This document shows positions 1-14,804 of a stretch of 64,000 nt of DNA, one piece after another. The notes beneath the pieces were generated by a model, which saw only the letters and a program-made list of their open reading frames with translations, searched no databases and had not been told where the DNA came from. Source of the stretch: Lama glama (Eukaryota). Positions within the stretch are counted from its first letter, which is position 1. Every line of letters starts with the position of its first letter. A program made the position numbers and the translations under genes. The stretch is from contig CM052816.1 of the NCBI GenBank assembly GCA_028534125.1, positions 3,412,001 to 3,476,000 of the forward strand, in the 5' to 3' direction.

Positions 1-1096
1 TGACTGCATAGTTGATGATTAATTACTTTGAAATTTTAAGGCATGAAAATGGTGCTTTATCTTAAGAGTCCTCATTTTGCACAAAAACAGACTGAAATAA
101 TTATTGATAAAATAACGAAATGTGTGAGATTTGCTTTGTTATAATCCACGGGAGGGGCAGAAATAGGTAGAGGAAGAGATCACAAATGTTCGGTTGAGCT
201 GACAATCGAAGCTGGGTGGTGGGTAAGTTGGGGGTTTTTTATTCTAGTCTCCTTACATTGCTCTGTGTTCCAAAATTTTAATAAGTTTTTATAAATTTTG
301 GTAAGTTTTAAAATAAATTTTTAATAATTTTTTCAGTTAAGAAAAGAAAAAGGCCTGTCCATTTCAGTCTAATAACCAAAACTCCAAACATGTATTCAGT
401 TTAATGCTTTTCCTCAACCTAAGCAGAAGTCTGCTACAGGCTTTGAAGCATATTGCCTTTTCTACTACGTCCTAACTCCTTCTCCTTCCCCGCACACTCG
501 CCTTGCTCCAGACTCACCCCTTCAGGGGCAGGCTTGTGGGGGAGAAGGGAAAGAAGCACCGAATTCAATGAGGTTACAGCTGCCATCTGGGGTTGCTGCC
601 CTCTGAATGTGGTCGATACCCAGTTGCTTTTTCTTTCATGGGAAGGTGTTGTCGTGTGCATTGTTGTCATTATTTTCAGAACTCTGCCAGCAGTTTTCTT
701 GATGTGGGAGATGCCAGTCTGACTCCCAAAGAGCACAACCTTCAGCTCTTGGGCTTCTTCTGATCCACCTCCAGCATTCTCCTGTCCCTCCCAACTCTGC
801 TGGGACCCCTTTGCCCTATTGGTTATCCTCTTGGGTAAATTTCCCTTAAAGTGCCTGTCACTTGGTTTCTGGTGGATGCAAACACCTGCCCTCCTTCTCC
901 CTGTGTGACACATAGGGCCCCTAAAACTCTCTCTTTTGACTTTTCAAGCTGTTGTTTTCTAAAGACTGGAAGTGGGTGAACACTATTAACTGGCAAACTT
1001 GTTTTGCTTCTTACTGTCAAGCATGGATAATAGAGTATTCCGTTTTAGAATAGGATGGCACCGGTTCCTTGAATGGCATTACTTTAGACCCTTAAT

Positions 1097-1228
1097 GGGG
1101 AGGATACAGCTCAAGTGGTAGAGTGCATGCTTGGCGTACACAAGGTCCTGGGTTCAATCCCCAGTACCTCCTCTAAAAATAAATAAGTAAATAAACCTAA
1201 TTACCACCTTCCCCAACAACAACAAAAA
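1097..1228 (+). mobile_element. tRNA-derived SINE (camelid Vic-1-like)
   Basis: GGGGAGGATACAGCTCAAGTGGTAGAG (A box)...GGTTCAATCCCCAG (B box), then an A-rich tail. Confidence 0.88.
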
Positions 1229-4200
1229 GATCTTAACTGAATCTGAGCTTGATAAGCTCGCTTAACATCCTGTAACAAAGAAACAACCAATTCAGGCTGG
1301 CACTCCTGAATCCAGCTACTTGAATAGTGACATCCACAATTTTGATTTCTGTTTCTTAGTTTTGTGTCGGCTTCACCCTTAGGCAGGCTTTCCTAGGCAG
1401 GAGTCCTAGGCTGATCTTTTACCACTGAAACTGGATTTTTTTTCTGCTAATAGTTCCAGCCAAAGTGCCTGAACTGAGAATCATTGCCCTGGCTTGGTGA
1501 CATGCTAACATGTACGTCAGTTGTTACAACCAAGGCAGAATATTCCGCTGTCTGTTTCTAGGTCTTCACCCTCTCCTAGATTTGGGGATGGAGTCAGCCC
1601 TGCCCAGCCACATGGACTGGGAAGAGGAGGAGCGCACCCTCCGGAGGAACACCAGCGTGTTGTCTCTGGAGGAAGTGGGCTGGTTGCCGGCTCATCGATA
1701 AATGGTCTCACCCTTAGCCTAACCTCAAGCTCATTTTTGTTGCTCTATTGTTTGAGGCCCTGCATTTCCAATCCTCTTCTCTGGTCCAGAGAATAGCCAT
1801 TTGATAAAGGAAGACGCTTCTTACATTACCTCAGAGCCCCTCTGTGTCCAAGACAAAGATTCTTCAACTGTCCTCTTAGGATGTGGCTTCCAAGGCCTTT
1901 GTTGATTCTTGTGGTTCTCATCCAAACTTGATCAGGCTGGTTTGTATCTGTTTCAGAGTGATCCCCAGAACATTTTGGTAATTGCATAGCCTCTTCTTTC
2001 TGAAAATTAAAAAAAAATGAACAATGACAAACCCTTATTCCTTCTAGAACTATTAGTCCTAGAGGAAAAACATGGCATGAGCACATAGACATTTTTGCGT
2101 AGAGTGTTCACTGCAGTGTTGTTTGTAATGGAAACAGCTTATATGTGCATCAGTGAGGAACTAGTTAAATAATCTGTGATGTATCCATTCAGTGGAACAC
2201 TGTAAGGTGATGAAAATGAATCAAGTATATCTAGGATGTGTCACCCTAAAACAATCCAAGAGATATTGTTAAGATAGAAAAGGTACAGACCAATAGGTGT
2301 GGCATAATCCCATTTTTACATAAAGGTATTTTGTGTTTTTATTAATATATATGTATATGTGTACACTGTATAGGGCAATGTCAAAAAGTGTACATAATAG
2401 ACATCTAGCAAATGAAACTGGAAAAGTGGAGGGACGTTTTGCTTTTTAATTTATTAAAAAATATAAAATTATGGGAGAAGTTTTTACTTTCCAGTTAGTA
2501 ATTTAAAAAATATGTCCTTTGTCAAGAAATAGTTGGTTTGATTAGTAGAAGACAGTGATAACTAAGGTGGTCAGGAAGCTTAGACCTAATTTTTTGAAAT
2601 ATTTCTTTCTCATTTTCTTTTTTTGAAATATGTACTTACATATATATATTTTTTGTACATTTGTATATATATATATAAATTCTTGTAAAATATATAAAAT
2701 TTGTATATAAATAAATTCTTGCTGGAAAAAGCCAGCTATCAAATAGACAAAAATAATAATCACTTCTAGTCTCACCCCACGGAGAAAATCCATGTTAACA
2801 TCTATCTTACTTTCTTCTAGTATTTTTTTTCAGAGTTAAATGTAATATTTAATCATAGTAACCATCTTACCCAAGCTCCTGGATTATTTACTCCCCCAAC
2901 CTCTATACAGTTCCTAATCTTTACTTTTATCTTTAATGTTTTATATTTGTGTGTGTATTTAATTGCAAGCTTCTTCAATATAACATCAAAGAAATAAATA
3001 CACAGATTGAGATGGAACATCTCATGGCTTATAAATATAGGCAGATTGGAAGCCAAGAGACAGAAATCATTCTAAGACTGAAGAATAGGGCGGAAGTCTG
3101 CTCTGAGTGGGGCTAAAGATGGCTGAGGACAGAAACAAGCCGCGAGCAGAAAGTGGGGAGGAGGGGAAGAGAGGTGACAGTAGTTGGATTGTAGTGTTGA
3201 GAAATAACATTATTTAGATCACCCGTCTGGCTTCTTTCAAGTACTCCAGCTCGTCTTTGTAAACCTAAGGCGGAAGCAAACTGATTTGCATACTGGCCCT
3301 CAGGGAAAGAGTCTAGGTGACTGTGGTCTCTTTCTGACAGCCCGAAGTAAGGCAGAAATCAGGCTGGCTTCCTGAAGTCCTAGGTGCCTAAGGCTAACCG
3401 CAGCTCATCCCACGCCAGCTCGGTTTAGCAGTGTTGACATAAAAGCACTGTGCATTGTATTTTGGGCCGGGGGATTTACCCAGCAGAGACATGCTGCGTA
3501 CAGTATGGAAATCTCCCCACCCTCACATCCTGCCTCACTGACAGTGCCCTCTCCGGTGGCATACTCATCGAAAAGGCTATATATAGCTGCCTGCTGGCCT
3601 CGCTTCTCCAAGTGATAGATGGGGAGCAAAAGTTATTGACTTGAAACCTCTTCCCATGGTAAGTGTGCAGACTTCAGCCGTCTGTAGTCTTGCACGTCTA
3701 TATATACTCAGAACGTCACATACAAATATATGGAAAACTATCCTTAGAATTGTAGTTTTGGAGGTTTCTTCTTACAAAACATTGTTGGTTTTCAGTATCG
3801 AGGTAAGTGTTCTTAGGTCCATACACGCAACCCATTCACTGTTATGCCCTCATGTATTTAGTTGTGCCCCTGTATTGTCCCCCATCTCTTTGGTGGTGAC
3901 TTATACATGCTTCACTATAGTTCTTGTTAAGAACAACTACCAAAAAGTTGTAAGTAGAAAAAATTATAAAGCATGTAACATACACTTTCAATGTTGTGTT
4001 AAAGCATTGTTCATGTACCTGTCTGAGGATTATGTGATTATCAAAGAGAAGGAAAGAAGACAATGGGATTAGATTAATAAATCAAGTCCGAAGTATTGCT
4101 GTCTGTTTTTTTTAACAGCTTTATTGAGATGCACTTCCCACACCGAGACATTCGCCCATCGCGAGTGTACACTTTGGTGGTTTTTCATATATTCACAGAG

Positions 4201-5199
4201 TTGTGAGACTATCACAATGTGATTTTGGAGCACTTCCGGAACCCCAGGAAGGCTATCTGTTGTTGATTACAGTCTAGGCTTTGTGAAGTTCCGTAATAAC
4301 TTAGAGATTTTTATTCAGAAGAGATGCAAATGACTTCTGTTTAGTGAAAAAATAACCGGAAAGGTTATAATGTCATTGCCCTGTAGCCATTTAACCAGTT
4401 CTGCATCTAACCTGGCAATGTTCGCCCAACATCCTTTCTCCAGTGCCAAGACCTATTCCTCTAATTCTCCTTGAACCAGCTCTGCCATCACGTTGATGCC
4501 CTCATGGATGAGTTAATTAAATCTGCAACATGTTTTCATTGTATGTTTGTGTGAGAGTCACATTTAAAATGTTTTGAAACTTGTATTTTGTCAACCTGAA
4601 CGCTCTTAGCATAATGGTGGACATGTAGTGGGCAATCAGTAAGTGTGTCCTGATCTCCATTTTTTGGATAAGGAATGTATCAGACTTTTCAACTTTGGGA
4701 AGAGGGAATAAATTTTCAGGTCTTTAAGAAAAATCAGAAAATGAATTTTGAATGATATTTTGTGTTTTGGTTCTCAAATTCTAAAATTTTGTGCCAGGGA
4801 GAGTTAAATTTGAATGAAGCTAATTATCTACCTCTTTTCCATATCAAGGTTTGAATGAATGAGTATTCTAAGAATAGAATTTTACTGCCAGAACATTTTT
4901 ATAACTCTATAAACTTAAAGTATTATTTACTTTTGTGTAAGCAGTTTATGTAGTGGAATAAAATCTGAAAGATATAAAAGAAAATGCCCTGGAAAGCTAA
5001 GTCTCCATCCCACCATTTCCCTCAGCCAACAAGTTGCCCAAGATTGCTCCTACTACCAGCTTCCTGACATCTCTTCACACACGCACACATTAAAAATTTA
5101 TTAGAAAAAATATGGCTTACCATATATGCTGTTTTGCAACTTGCTTTTTTCACTTACTAATATCTATTGAAAATTGTCCAACATCCCTATACATAATAG

Positions 5200-5900
5200 T
5201 TGCCTCAGTCAAAACATGTCTGGTAGGTGATCACTTCTCACTACTTGCACTACTACCACAGGCATCTTAGCCTCATCATCTCTCATGGGAGCTACCCGTC
5301 TCCACCTCTGTGCCCATCACAACTCGACCATCTCTTTGCAACATGGTAGCCAGAATGGTCCTCCATATATGTAGATCAGATCATCTCCCATTCAGAGCAG
5401 AGCTAAAGACACACAGTGCCCTACAAGATCCATCCTACGTGATCTGTTTCCCTACCATCACCACCGATGCTTCTTGGTCTCATCCCCTACCACACTCATT
5501 CACTCCACTCTTGTCACTGTAGCCCCTTTGGTGTTCCTTTAACACACCAGGCACACTCCCACCTCAGGATCTTGCCCCTTGCTATTCCTTCTGACCGAGA
5601 TGCTACTCCCCAGATGTCTGCATGGCTTCCTCCCTGACCTCCTTAAGGTCTTTGCTCAAAGGTCACTTTTCCTTGATGCTCCTTGACTACCACCTCCAGC
5701 TCCCTCTCCCCTGCATAGACTTCCATCTGACTTTTTTACTTTACCTTTCTCCATAGCACTTATGAGCATTGGAGATACCGTATGTTTTACTCATTTACTG
5801 TCTATATACCAGCTCCATGAGAGTAAGGATATTTGTTTTGTCCACTGCTGCATTCCTAGCACCTAGAACAGAGCCTGGCACAAAGAAGGCACCTAATAGT
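5200..5900. mobile_element. L2 fragment
   Basis: Pyrimidine-rich L2 3' region ending TCCACTGCTGCATTCCTAGCACCTAGAACAGAGCCTGGCAC. Confidence 0.65.
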
Positions 5901-7056
5901 ATTAATTATCAACAGTAATTAACAGTACTTGTAATTTGTGTTCTATTTGTATGTCCCAGTGTAGTGTAGTTTAACCATTGCCCTATTTGGGGACTTCCAT
6001 ATGCTTCTGGTGCTGTGTGACCTTGATACAGTTGCTTAACTTCTCTGAGCCTTGATTTCCTCCTCTAAAGAATAGGAATAATAGTGGTAGCTACATTTTA
6101 TAGGGCTGTTTTGGGATTATATTGTATACATTTTAAGGTAAAGTATTTAGCACAATGCCTGGCTTATAGTAAGTTCTTAATAATATAATTATGATTTCTC
6201 TCATTAATCATTCATCAGAAATGGACTTATGGGAAGAATAGATGGTTGAGAATATAGAAACCTCTTATTTTAAAACCTAATCATGTTAACTTTTAGCCAT
6301 AATCTCCTTACAATTGAATATAAACCACTTCATACTTTTTTTTGGAGAAGTCATTTAACATCTCCAGAAAAAAAAAAATTAGCTCTTCAGAGGTGGGACC
6401 TTGATCTTTGCATCTCCATTATCTAGCTGCTCCTAAAAAATAGTGTTTGCTCAATAAATTTTGTTGACTAAACAACTAGAACGATGAATTTCAGGGAGCA
6501 TCAGCAAGGTTGTATTTATTGAAAAGCTGTAATGTGCCAGGTACTGCAGTAGGCACTGAGAAATATAAAAAAGACCATTTAGGGGATGAAGTTTATTTCA
6601 AGACCTTCACATAGTAATCACTGAGTTTGGGGGAATGTATTTTTATTTCAATAATAGTCTTCTAACTGGGGGAGGGGGAATTTGGATTCATCACCTTGTG
6701 CAAAGAACAAAAACTCCAGAAAGACGTCTTTGCCATAATTTCTCTGAAGAGCTTTTCAAAGAAACAAAACATCAGTGGTTTATCAGGTAGACATCAAGAG
6801 TGAAGCAGCAGGAAAACCAATGTGGGAAATCCTATGGTGATTCAAGACCTCAACGAATTCCTGGGGTCCCCACGCACATTGCTAACCGTGAACAATTCCA
6901 TATTTGGTGCAGAGTGAGAGTATGATGGTGAGCCGCCAGCTTGAGACAGAGACCAAGACTCTGAGTTGAAGACCTAGTACGGAATCCAGCCTTGCATCCT
7001 GAGCCTTGGTTCCTCACCATAAAATTGTGGTTTTAAAAATTAGCCTCCTTGAAATG

Positions 7057-7445
7057 TCATTCTAAGTGAAGTAAGCCAGAAAGAGAAAGAAAAATACCGT
7101 ATGAGATTGCTCTTATGTGGAATCTTAAAAAAAAATATGTATATAAAACAGAAACAGACTCACAGACACAGAATACAAACTTGTGTTTGCCAAGGGGGAG
7201 TGGTGGGAAGGGACAGACTGGGAGTTCAAAATTTGTAGGTACTGACAGGCATATGTAGAACAGATAAACAAGATTATACTGTATAGCACAGGGAAATATA
7301 AACAAGATCTTATGGTAGCTCACAGAGAAAAAAATGTGACAATGAATATATGTATGTTCATGTATAACTGAAAAATTGTGCTCTACACTGGAAATTGACA
7401 CGACATTTTAAAGTGACCATAACTCAATCAAAAAAATGGTTTAAA
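7057..7445 (+). mobile_element. 5'-truncated L1, 3' end, relatively young
   Basis: CTAAGTGAAGTAAGCCAGAAAGAGAAAGAAAAATACC (ORF2 end and 3'UTR), A-rich tail, and CTCCTTGAAATG repeated on both flanks. Confidence 0.85.
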
Positions 7446-7548
7446 AAATAATCTCCTTGAAATGCAAAAATGGGTGAGAAAACTCTCCATATATTGGAAA
7501 CCACTGTACAAATGGGACTCTGGTTCTGACGGGTGGCACTGCTTCTAA

Positions 7549-8955
<1,407 letters not shown>

Positions 8956-9339
8956 TGATGGTCCAGTCTCTTCCTGAACACATGCCCCAGCCCAGGTAGT
9001 CTCATCGGTTGTGGAACGTCCTTCATTCGGTCTCCCCAGGACTGCCACGTGCCATGTGCACACCTGCACATGCAGCTTGTTTCGGCAGTCACCAAAGTGT
9101 AGAATAGGTGCATCCCCTGACCCAGCAATCCCACTTCTAGACATCTGTCCTGCAGAGATAGGAGCACAAGTGTGTAAAATTAAAGCGTATGATGATGACG
9201 AATTGAATTGGTGCTTTCCCTGGCCCTTGGATTGTTCCAAGCAAAACAGTGACCTTTTGACAGGGGTGCTATAGGTGGGATCTTGCATCAAATGGGAGCT
9301 TAAGATATGAAGGATATTCTAATTATAAGCCCTTGGTCA

Positions 9340-9450
9340 GGGGACGGGGTGTAACTTAGTGGTAGAGTGCATGCTTAGCATCCACGAGGTCCTGGGTTCA
9401 ATCCCCAGTTCCTCCATTAAATATATATGTGTGAATGTATGTATATAAAA
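9340..9450 (+). mobile_element. tRNA-derived SINE in the GARIN3 intron
   Basis: Same head with A and B boxes, followed by an AT-rich tail. Confidence 0.85.
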
Positions 9451-9550
9451 GATCCTGAGTTGCTCAGCTCCAGAATGGGAGAGAAGCAGAGCGTTCTGAT
9501 CTCACTTTTTGTCACCACTATCTTACCCGTTTCTCCTCCCCTTGGCACAG

Positions 9551-10717
9551 AGCACAGAGCTCCACGGACAGAGGGATCAGGATGGGGTTGGGCCTCACGA
9601 GCTTAGTGATGTCTCTGGAGACACTTCTTGTGCTTACATCGGGGGAGAGGGAATCCATCACGCCCCCCAGGGCTCCGCTGCAGCCACGAAAACTGCCGGA
9701 ATTGCAGCAGCAGGGACAACGACAGGCCTGGCTGTGGCGGGGACAGTGACGAGCCCTGGGGGAGGAGTGGCAGTAGCAGGGGTAGGAAGAGGCTCTTCAG
9801 GAGGCGCAGTGAGCTTGGCAGCAACCAAGAGTGCGGGCACCGGCCAGGCAAGCGCGGCCCTGGCAGGAGCCATGGCCAAAGGTCCAAGGGAAGGCGGATC
9901 GGGCAAGGCCATTGCAGGGGCGGCCAGCCTATCCTTGGAGGGTACGAACATGGTCTTGGCGGGAGCTGCCAGCACATCCTCCACGGGGCCGGACACTCCA
10001 GACAGCAGCACGAGCGTGGTGTTCGCCGGCACAGCGACCACCGGCACGCCCGCGGCACGAAGGGCCGAAGGCCTGGTCACGGCCCCCCTGGTCTCCACCT
10101 TGCAGAGCGAAGGTTACATGTGTGAACGGGATGGAAGCCAGAAGGTCTCTCACATCAGCGCTGATGTCCAGAAGGAAAAAAAGGAAAGGAGGGAAAAGAA
10201 GGACAGGTCCTCGTCCAGGAGAAGCTCCCATCACCGCAGGGCAGGGGAAAGTCATCACCGGAAGGGAGGGGACAAGTCGATCAGGAAGTCATCCTCCCAC
10301 CGGTCCTTATCCGGCCGTGGAGACACGAGAGACGACAAGAAAGAAAAAGGGCACAGCAGCGCCAGGGGCAGAGGACACGGCCCTCCCAAGAGTGGGAGTG
10401 GCAGCCACAGCGCCTCTGTCAGGGAGGGCAGGGCGGCTCCCAAACTGGGGAAGAGCAGGTCCGCCACCAGCTCAGGCACTTTGAGCAAGAAATCCAGCAA
10501 GATCAGCCGTTTCTTCAGGAGCTTCAGGGTCATTCCTGGCTCAAAGACCATGGTCGCTGCCCACGACAGAGAGGTAGACATCGTGGCTAAGACGGTAGAA
10601 AAGCGCAACATAGAGGCCAAGGTGGAGAAGGCCCCTGCCGGCCAGGATCTGGGGGTCCGGGGCACCGTGACATCTGAGACGACGAAGACCATCATCATTG
10701 AAGCCAAATCTGCTTAA
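9551..10717 (+). CDS. GARIN3: GARIN3/FAM71B coding exon 2 (Ala/Gly/Thr-rich, then Lys/Arg/Ser/His-rich tail)
   Basis: Pyrimidine tract and CAG acceptor at 9548-9550. In frame STELHGQRDQ...STLQSEGYMCERDGSQKVS...HDREVDIVAK...EAKSA*. Spliced product about 595 aa. Confidence 0.93.
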   Translation, partial: STELHGQRDQDGVGPHELSDVSGDTSCAYIGGEGIHHAPQGSAAATKTAGIAAAGTTTGLAVAGTVTSPGGGVAVAGVGRGSSGGAVSLAATKSAGTGQASAALAGAMAKGPREGGSGKAIAGAASLSLEGTNMVLAGAASTSSTGPDTPDSSTSVVFAGTATTGTPAARRAEGLVTAPLVSTLQSEGYMCERDGSQKVSHISADVQKEKKERREKKDRSSSRRSSHHRRAGESHHRKGGDKSIRKSSSHRSLSGRGDTRDDKKEKGHSSARGRGHGPPKSGSGSHSASVREGRAAPKLGKSRSATSSGTLSKKSSKISRFFRSFRVIPGSKTMVAAHDREVDIVAKTVEKRNIEAKVEKAPAGQDLGVRGTVTSETTKTIIIEAKSA

Positions 10718-10795
10718 ACAGGAGGTAGGGCAGGAAGCCGCCTGGAGACCTGGCCTCAGGGCAGGGGCCCCCGAGAGTCAATCCCAGCATTCTTT

Positions 10796-10801
10796 AATAA
10801 A
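10796..10801 (+). terminator. GARIN3: GARIN3 polyadenylation signal
   Basis: AATAAA about 80 nt after the stop, followed by a GT/T-rich downstream element. Confidence 0.75.
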
Positions 10802-11250
10802 GGAAACTGTGCACCACCAAAAGGAATGCTGTCTTTTGTTTGAGTGTCTGTGTCCCCTCACCTGGTAGTGACATCACAGTGGCTTCTGTGATGTGAGCTA
10901 TGCCGCAGCCTGAGACTCCAGCCTCCAGCCAAGCAGAACCCCACCTCCCACCCATTCCCAGCAGAGCCGTATTAGTTCCCTCTGCCCTGCCTCAACCCCT
11001 TTCTGCCGTTGGTTTCCCCACGACTTTGGCTGCAAGTCACCACCTGCAGGCTGGGAAGCATCACCACCACCATGTCCCCATGCCCTTCCTCTTCTCCCTG
11101 CAGGTCCCTGGGCATGGACGTTCAATCCAGCCCGTAGACTAAGTGAAGGCAGGCCTCACATTTCCACTGAGAATAATCAGGGGAGGAAATGAGGGGGTGA
11201 GGGGAGCAGCGTTTGTAAGCCATCAGAATAGCGACGTTTGTCATCTAGGT

Positions 11251-11465
11251 CAGGAATTGGCAACCTGAGGGCCAAATCTTGCCCACTACTTGGTTTTATA
11301 AATAAAGTTTTATTGAGGCATAGCTACAGCCATTCACTTATAGATTGTCTAAGGCTGCTTTCGCGTTAAAATGACAGATTTGCGTAGTTGTGTCAGAGAT
11401 CACATGGCCTGCAAAGTCTACAACATTTACTTTCTGGCACTTTACAGAAAAGGTTTGCCCACCCA
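11251..11465. mobile_element. hAT-Charlie MITE (MER58A-like). Related copies near 31685-31985 and 47530-47730
   Basis: GTTTTATAAATAAAGTTTTATTG...GCCATTCA...ATTTACTTTCTGGCACTTTACAGAAAAGGTTTGCC. Confidence 0.75.
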
Positions 11466-13879
11466 GATCTAATCTTGACAATTCTCCTTCCTCCTGGGTA
11501 TATACTCTGGGGAAACTCTCAACATGCACTTACTGGGAGACAACTGAGAGAGGGTTTATAGTAAAACAGTTTGCAATAGCAAAACCTTGGAGATGTTCAT
11601 CAAACAGGAGAAATGATAAATCTACACCTACGGTGTGTGTTGGACAGCAGTGAAGACGGATGCAGCTGTACATCCATGTTAGCATGGATGCGTCTCACCT
11701 CATGTTGAATAATAAAAGCAAGTCAGAAAAATAACATACACTACAGTTTCACTGGTAGAAAAGTTCAGAAACAAGATCAAATGATATGTGTAGGGGGCAC
11801 ACATTTGCCAAAAGTGCGGAGAAAAACAAGGATACGGTAAACACAAGATCCACGGTAGTGGATATCTGCAGGGTGAAGAGGAGGCAAGGGGAGCTGGGAG
11901 GTACATCATGAAAAGCTTCAACAGGATGGGGATTGTTCTATTAAGCAAATTCCATGGGAATTTGTTATTGTATGTATTTTTTCTTAACATCTCTAACATC
12001 AGGATGGTTTTTAAATTGCTGTCAGCCAGGTGCCAGTTACTGCCTTAGAAATACCTTAATGAACTTACTTCACTTATGCTTTCCTTTTAATATAAGCACA
12101 AAAGAGACAGATGGCAAAATATCTAAGTCTGAAAGAGATCTTTCAACAAGTATAAAAAAATTCTAAGTGACATAAATATTTAGTATCCAGGAACATGGAA
12201 AATCATTAGAAAATAACAGAAGAATCCCAAATGCTGTGTACTAATGAACTATGTACATTATGCACGCATATGGAAAGTGATTCTAAAAATAAAAATCATA
12301 CTCCACTAGAAACGAGATATATTTTTAAATGTGCATTATAAAAAAAGAAATATTGTCTTTCCAATTTAAAGAAATTTGTAAATAAACTTCATGAGTCTAT
12401 GAAAACCATTAAATCGTTGAGAACAAATAATCAAAGTTGGATTTGAGAAAAATGATTTGGAGAACGAGGCGTTTGTATGAGTCTGGGAGTCGACCACCTC
12501 GTCTTGCAATACTTTGTTCATTCTCCTCTGTGACAACAGTGTCTACCAGGACGGAAGTTGGGTTTCCAGTAAAACTTAGGGACTTTCTTTGCAGAGCAAA
12601 TGCATGTGGTAGAGGTGGAGGAGGTGAGAAACAAGGTGTGTGCTCTGGGAGGAGTGGTGGCTTGGGAGCATGAGGGGAAGCCCTTCTCAGTTGCTCTGGT
12701 GGGCGGCTGGAAAATTCCCCCTTGGGGTTTCCGATACACGAAGACCAATAGATTCTGAGGATCAACATGTCCTTGGAGTTGACGCTTGAAGAAGTGGGTC
12801 CAAGGAGAAGGAGAGCAAGGGGCACGTTCTCTAAGACCTGAGAGCGGTTTGGGGGACGCCTTCTGGAAATGTGAGAGATTATGGTGTAGAGGAGAGAGAT
12901 GAAGGGAAACTCTTTCCAGTGCCTTTGACTCAGAGCCCCACATTTACACTTTGCCAGAGGCTGAGTCACTTTAGCTACCAATGGCTTCACCTCATGATTC
13001 TGGAGACCTTGACTTTACCTTTGTCCTTCTTATTTTATTTTATACTTTCCCACTCCCACACCCTACAAGGCTGCTTTAACTCAAACCTAGTTTGTCCACT
13101 ATTCAGGGTGTTAGCTGAGCAGACCCACAATTTACACAAATGCCACCAAAATAAAGTGGAGGTGGGGACTTGCCCACCACAACGTGCTCCGCCTGGCACT
13201 TTCTCTGCATTTCCTTTTCTATCTTGACAGTTCATCAAGAGACACATGCAGAGATACCTACGTATTTCAGAGCCACAGCATCTTCCTCCAGAGGGAGATA
13301 TCAATTAGGGCATCAAGTCAATACCCCTTATCAGATAAAGGCCAATATTTTGGACACAGTATTCATTACCATGGTAGCAATTCTGCTGCTGCAAGTGCAA
13401 TGAGGCAGTGGATGGTTGATTACTAACTCACCAGCACCCCAAACTTCACACGTACACACAAAAGATGAGAAAGAGATTTTTTTTTGCCTATAGCAAAGGA
13501 AAGTCATTCACCGAATTGTTACAATCAAGTGGAGTCTTTCAGACAAAAGAAAGATGCCTCAAAATACCGAAGGCAGTGTCGTGGCTGGCAGGGTGAGCCT
13601 GACGCGAGCGATGCTGGGGAACACAGCCGGGGCTGCGCTGGGAAAGGCTTTGAGGTTCACGTGAGGGATTTTGACTTCTGACTTCAGAGTGATGGAAAGC
13701 CACTGAGATGTCTTCAGTAGGGGAATGGCTCGACCAAATGTGCACCTTGTGGAGGGCACTGTGGTTTCTGTGAAAATAAATATTTGGCTAAGGCATTCTT
13801 AATATGTGACTTTATGTCACTTCCTGTCTTTCGCCGGAGAATCTATAAAATGAGGAGATTGGAGGGGATGTTTTGGAAG

Positions 13880-14275
13880 ACACCTTTCTACTGGAAATAT
13901 CCATACAGGGTGGACATTCCTTCAATGGGGGACTTGTGGCCTCAGCTGCTGGGAGTGCTGCCCACAGACGGCCTTCAGCTGGCAGTGAGTTTAGAAATTG
14001 CCTCGGCGCCTCACCCACTTCATTACTCCTCCCAGGGTGCACAGGGAGAACTGACTGATGTGGAGTGTGACCACGTTGTAGCCCAACACAGACCCACTCT
14101 AAAGGGTCATTGTAGTTCAAGAGCTCCCTGTGGGGTCTGCATCGCAGCTCAACTTCTCCCTCTGTGCGCTCCTGCTTCTGTCCCTTCCCTTCCAGAGGTG
14201 CTGGTCCTAAAAGCATCCTTGTCACAAAACTCTAGCTCAAAATCTGCTTATTGGGAAACACAGCCTGTGATACTG
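13880..14275. mobile_element. ERVL-type LTR relic (LTR16-like)
   Basis: CTCAGCTGCTGGGAGTGCTGCC...AGAGCTCCCTGTGGGGTC...AATCTGCTTATTGGGAAAC. Family assignment is from recall only. Confidence 0.5.
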
Positions 14276-14704
14276 TGTTAGTGCCATGTGCTGTCGTTCC
14301 GTGTCCTGACTCCACCAACCCTGTGAAAAGAGTTGGTGATAGCTGGGAAGGCTATTATGTACTGTGTATGGTTTTGAATTTAAACATATTTGGAAATAAA
14401 GGACATTTCCTTATTGCAAAACTGGGTCTATTTTAGACATTTTAGAACATGTGGGTGTGAAAAAGAGGGAAAATATCCCATTGATTGCCGTGATCAATGT
14501 CAAAGCTTAAGGAAACTTATGAGACCATATGATTCAGTGGCTTCCAAACTTTTGATACAGTTTGACCTTTAAAAAATGTTTTATATGAAATAAATCTTAA
14601 ATATAACCCAATAAACAAAGAGATGAAGTTGGAAGTGCTCTGGATGAAAGTTGGGGCAGGCTGAGCAGCCTAAAGCCCCATCAGATCGGCTCCCCTTGGC
14701 CTCA

Positions 14705-14804
14705 NNNNNNNNNNNNNNNNNNNNNNNNNNNNNNNNNNNNNNNNNNNNNNNNNNNNNNNNNNNNNNNNNNNNNNNNNNNNNNNNNNNNNNNNNNNNNNNN
14801 NNNN
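14705..14804. other. Assembly gap (100 N)
   Basis: Run of exactly 100 N. Confidence 1.

Noticed and set aside
434..913. 159-aa minus-strand ORF, considered as an ITK exon or retrocopy
   Set aside because: No PH, SH3, SH2 or kinase motifs, no recognisable homology, and no polyA or TSD. A BLASTX search would settle it.
1097..1170. tRNA-like sequences here and at six other sites
   Set aside because: Degenerate stems plus SINE bodies, A-rich tails and TSDs identify them as SINEs, not tRNA genes.
9603..10707. Several overlapping and antisense ORFs of 109-217 aa
   Set aside because: Shadows of the GC-rich, low-complexity GARIN3 exon 2.
12409..12990. 193-aa minus-strand ORF
   Set aside because: No homology or splice support. 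The region is better explained as non-coding, possibly regulatory.
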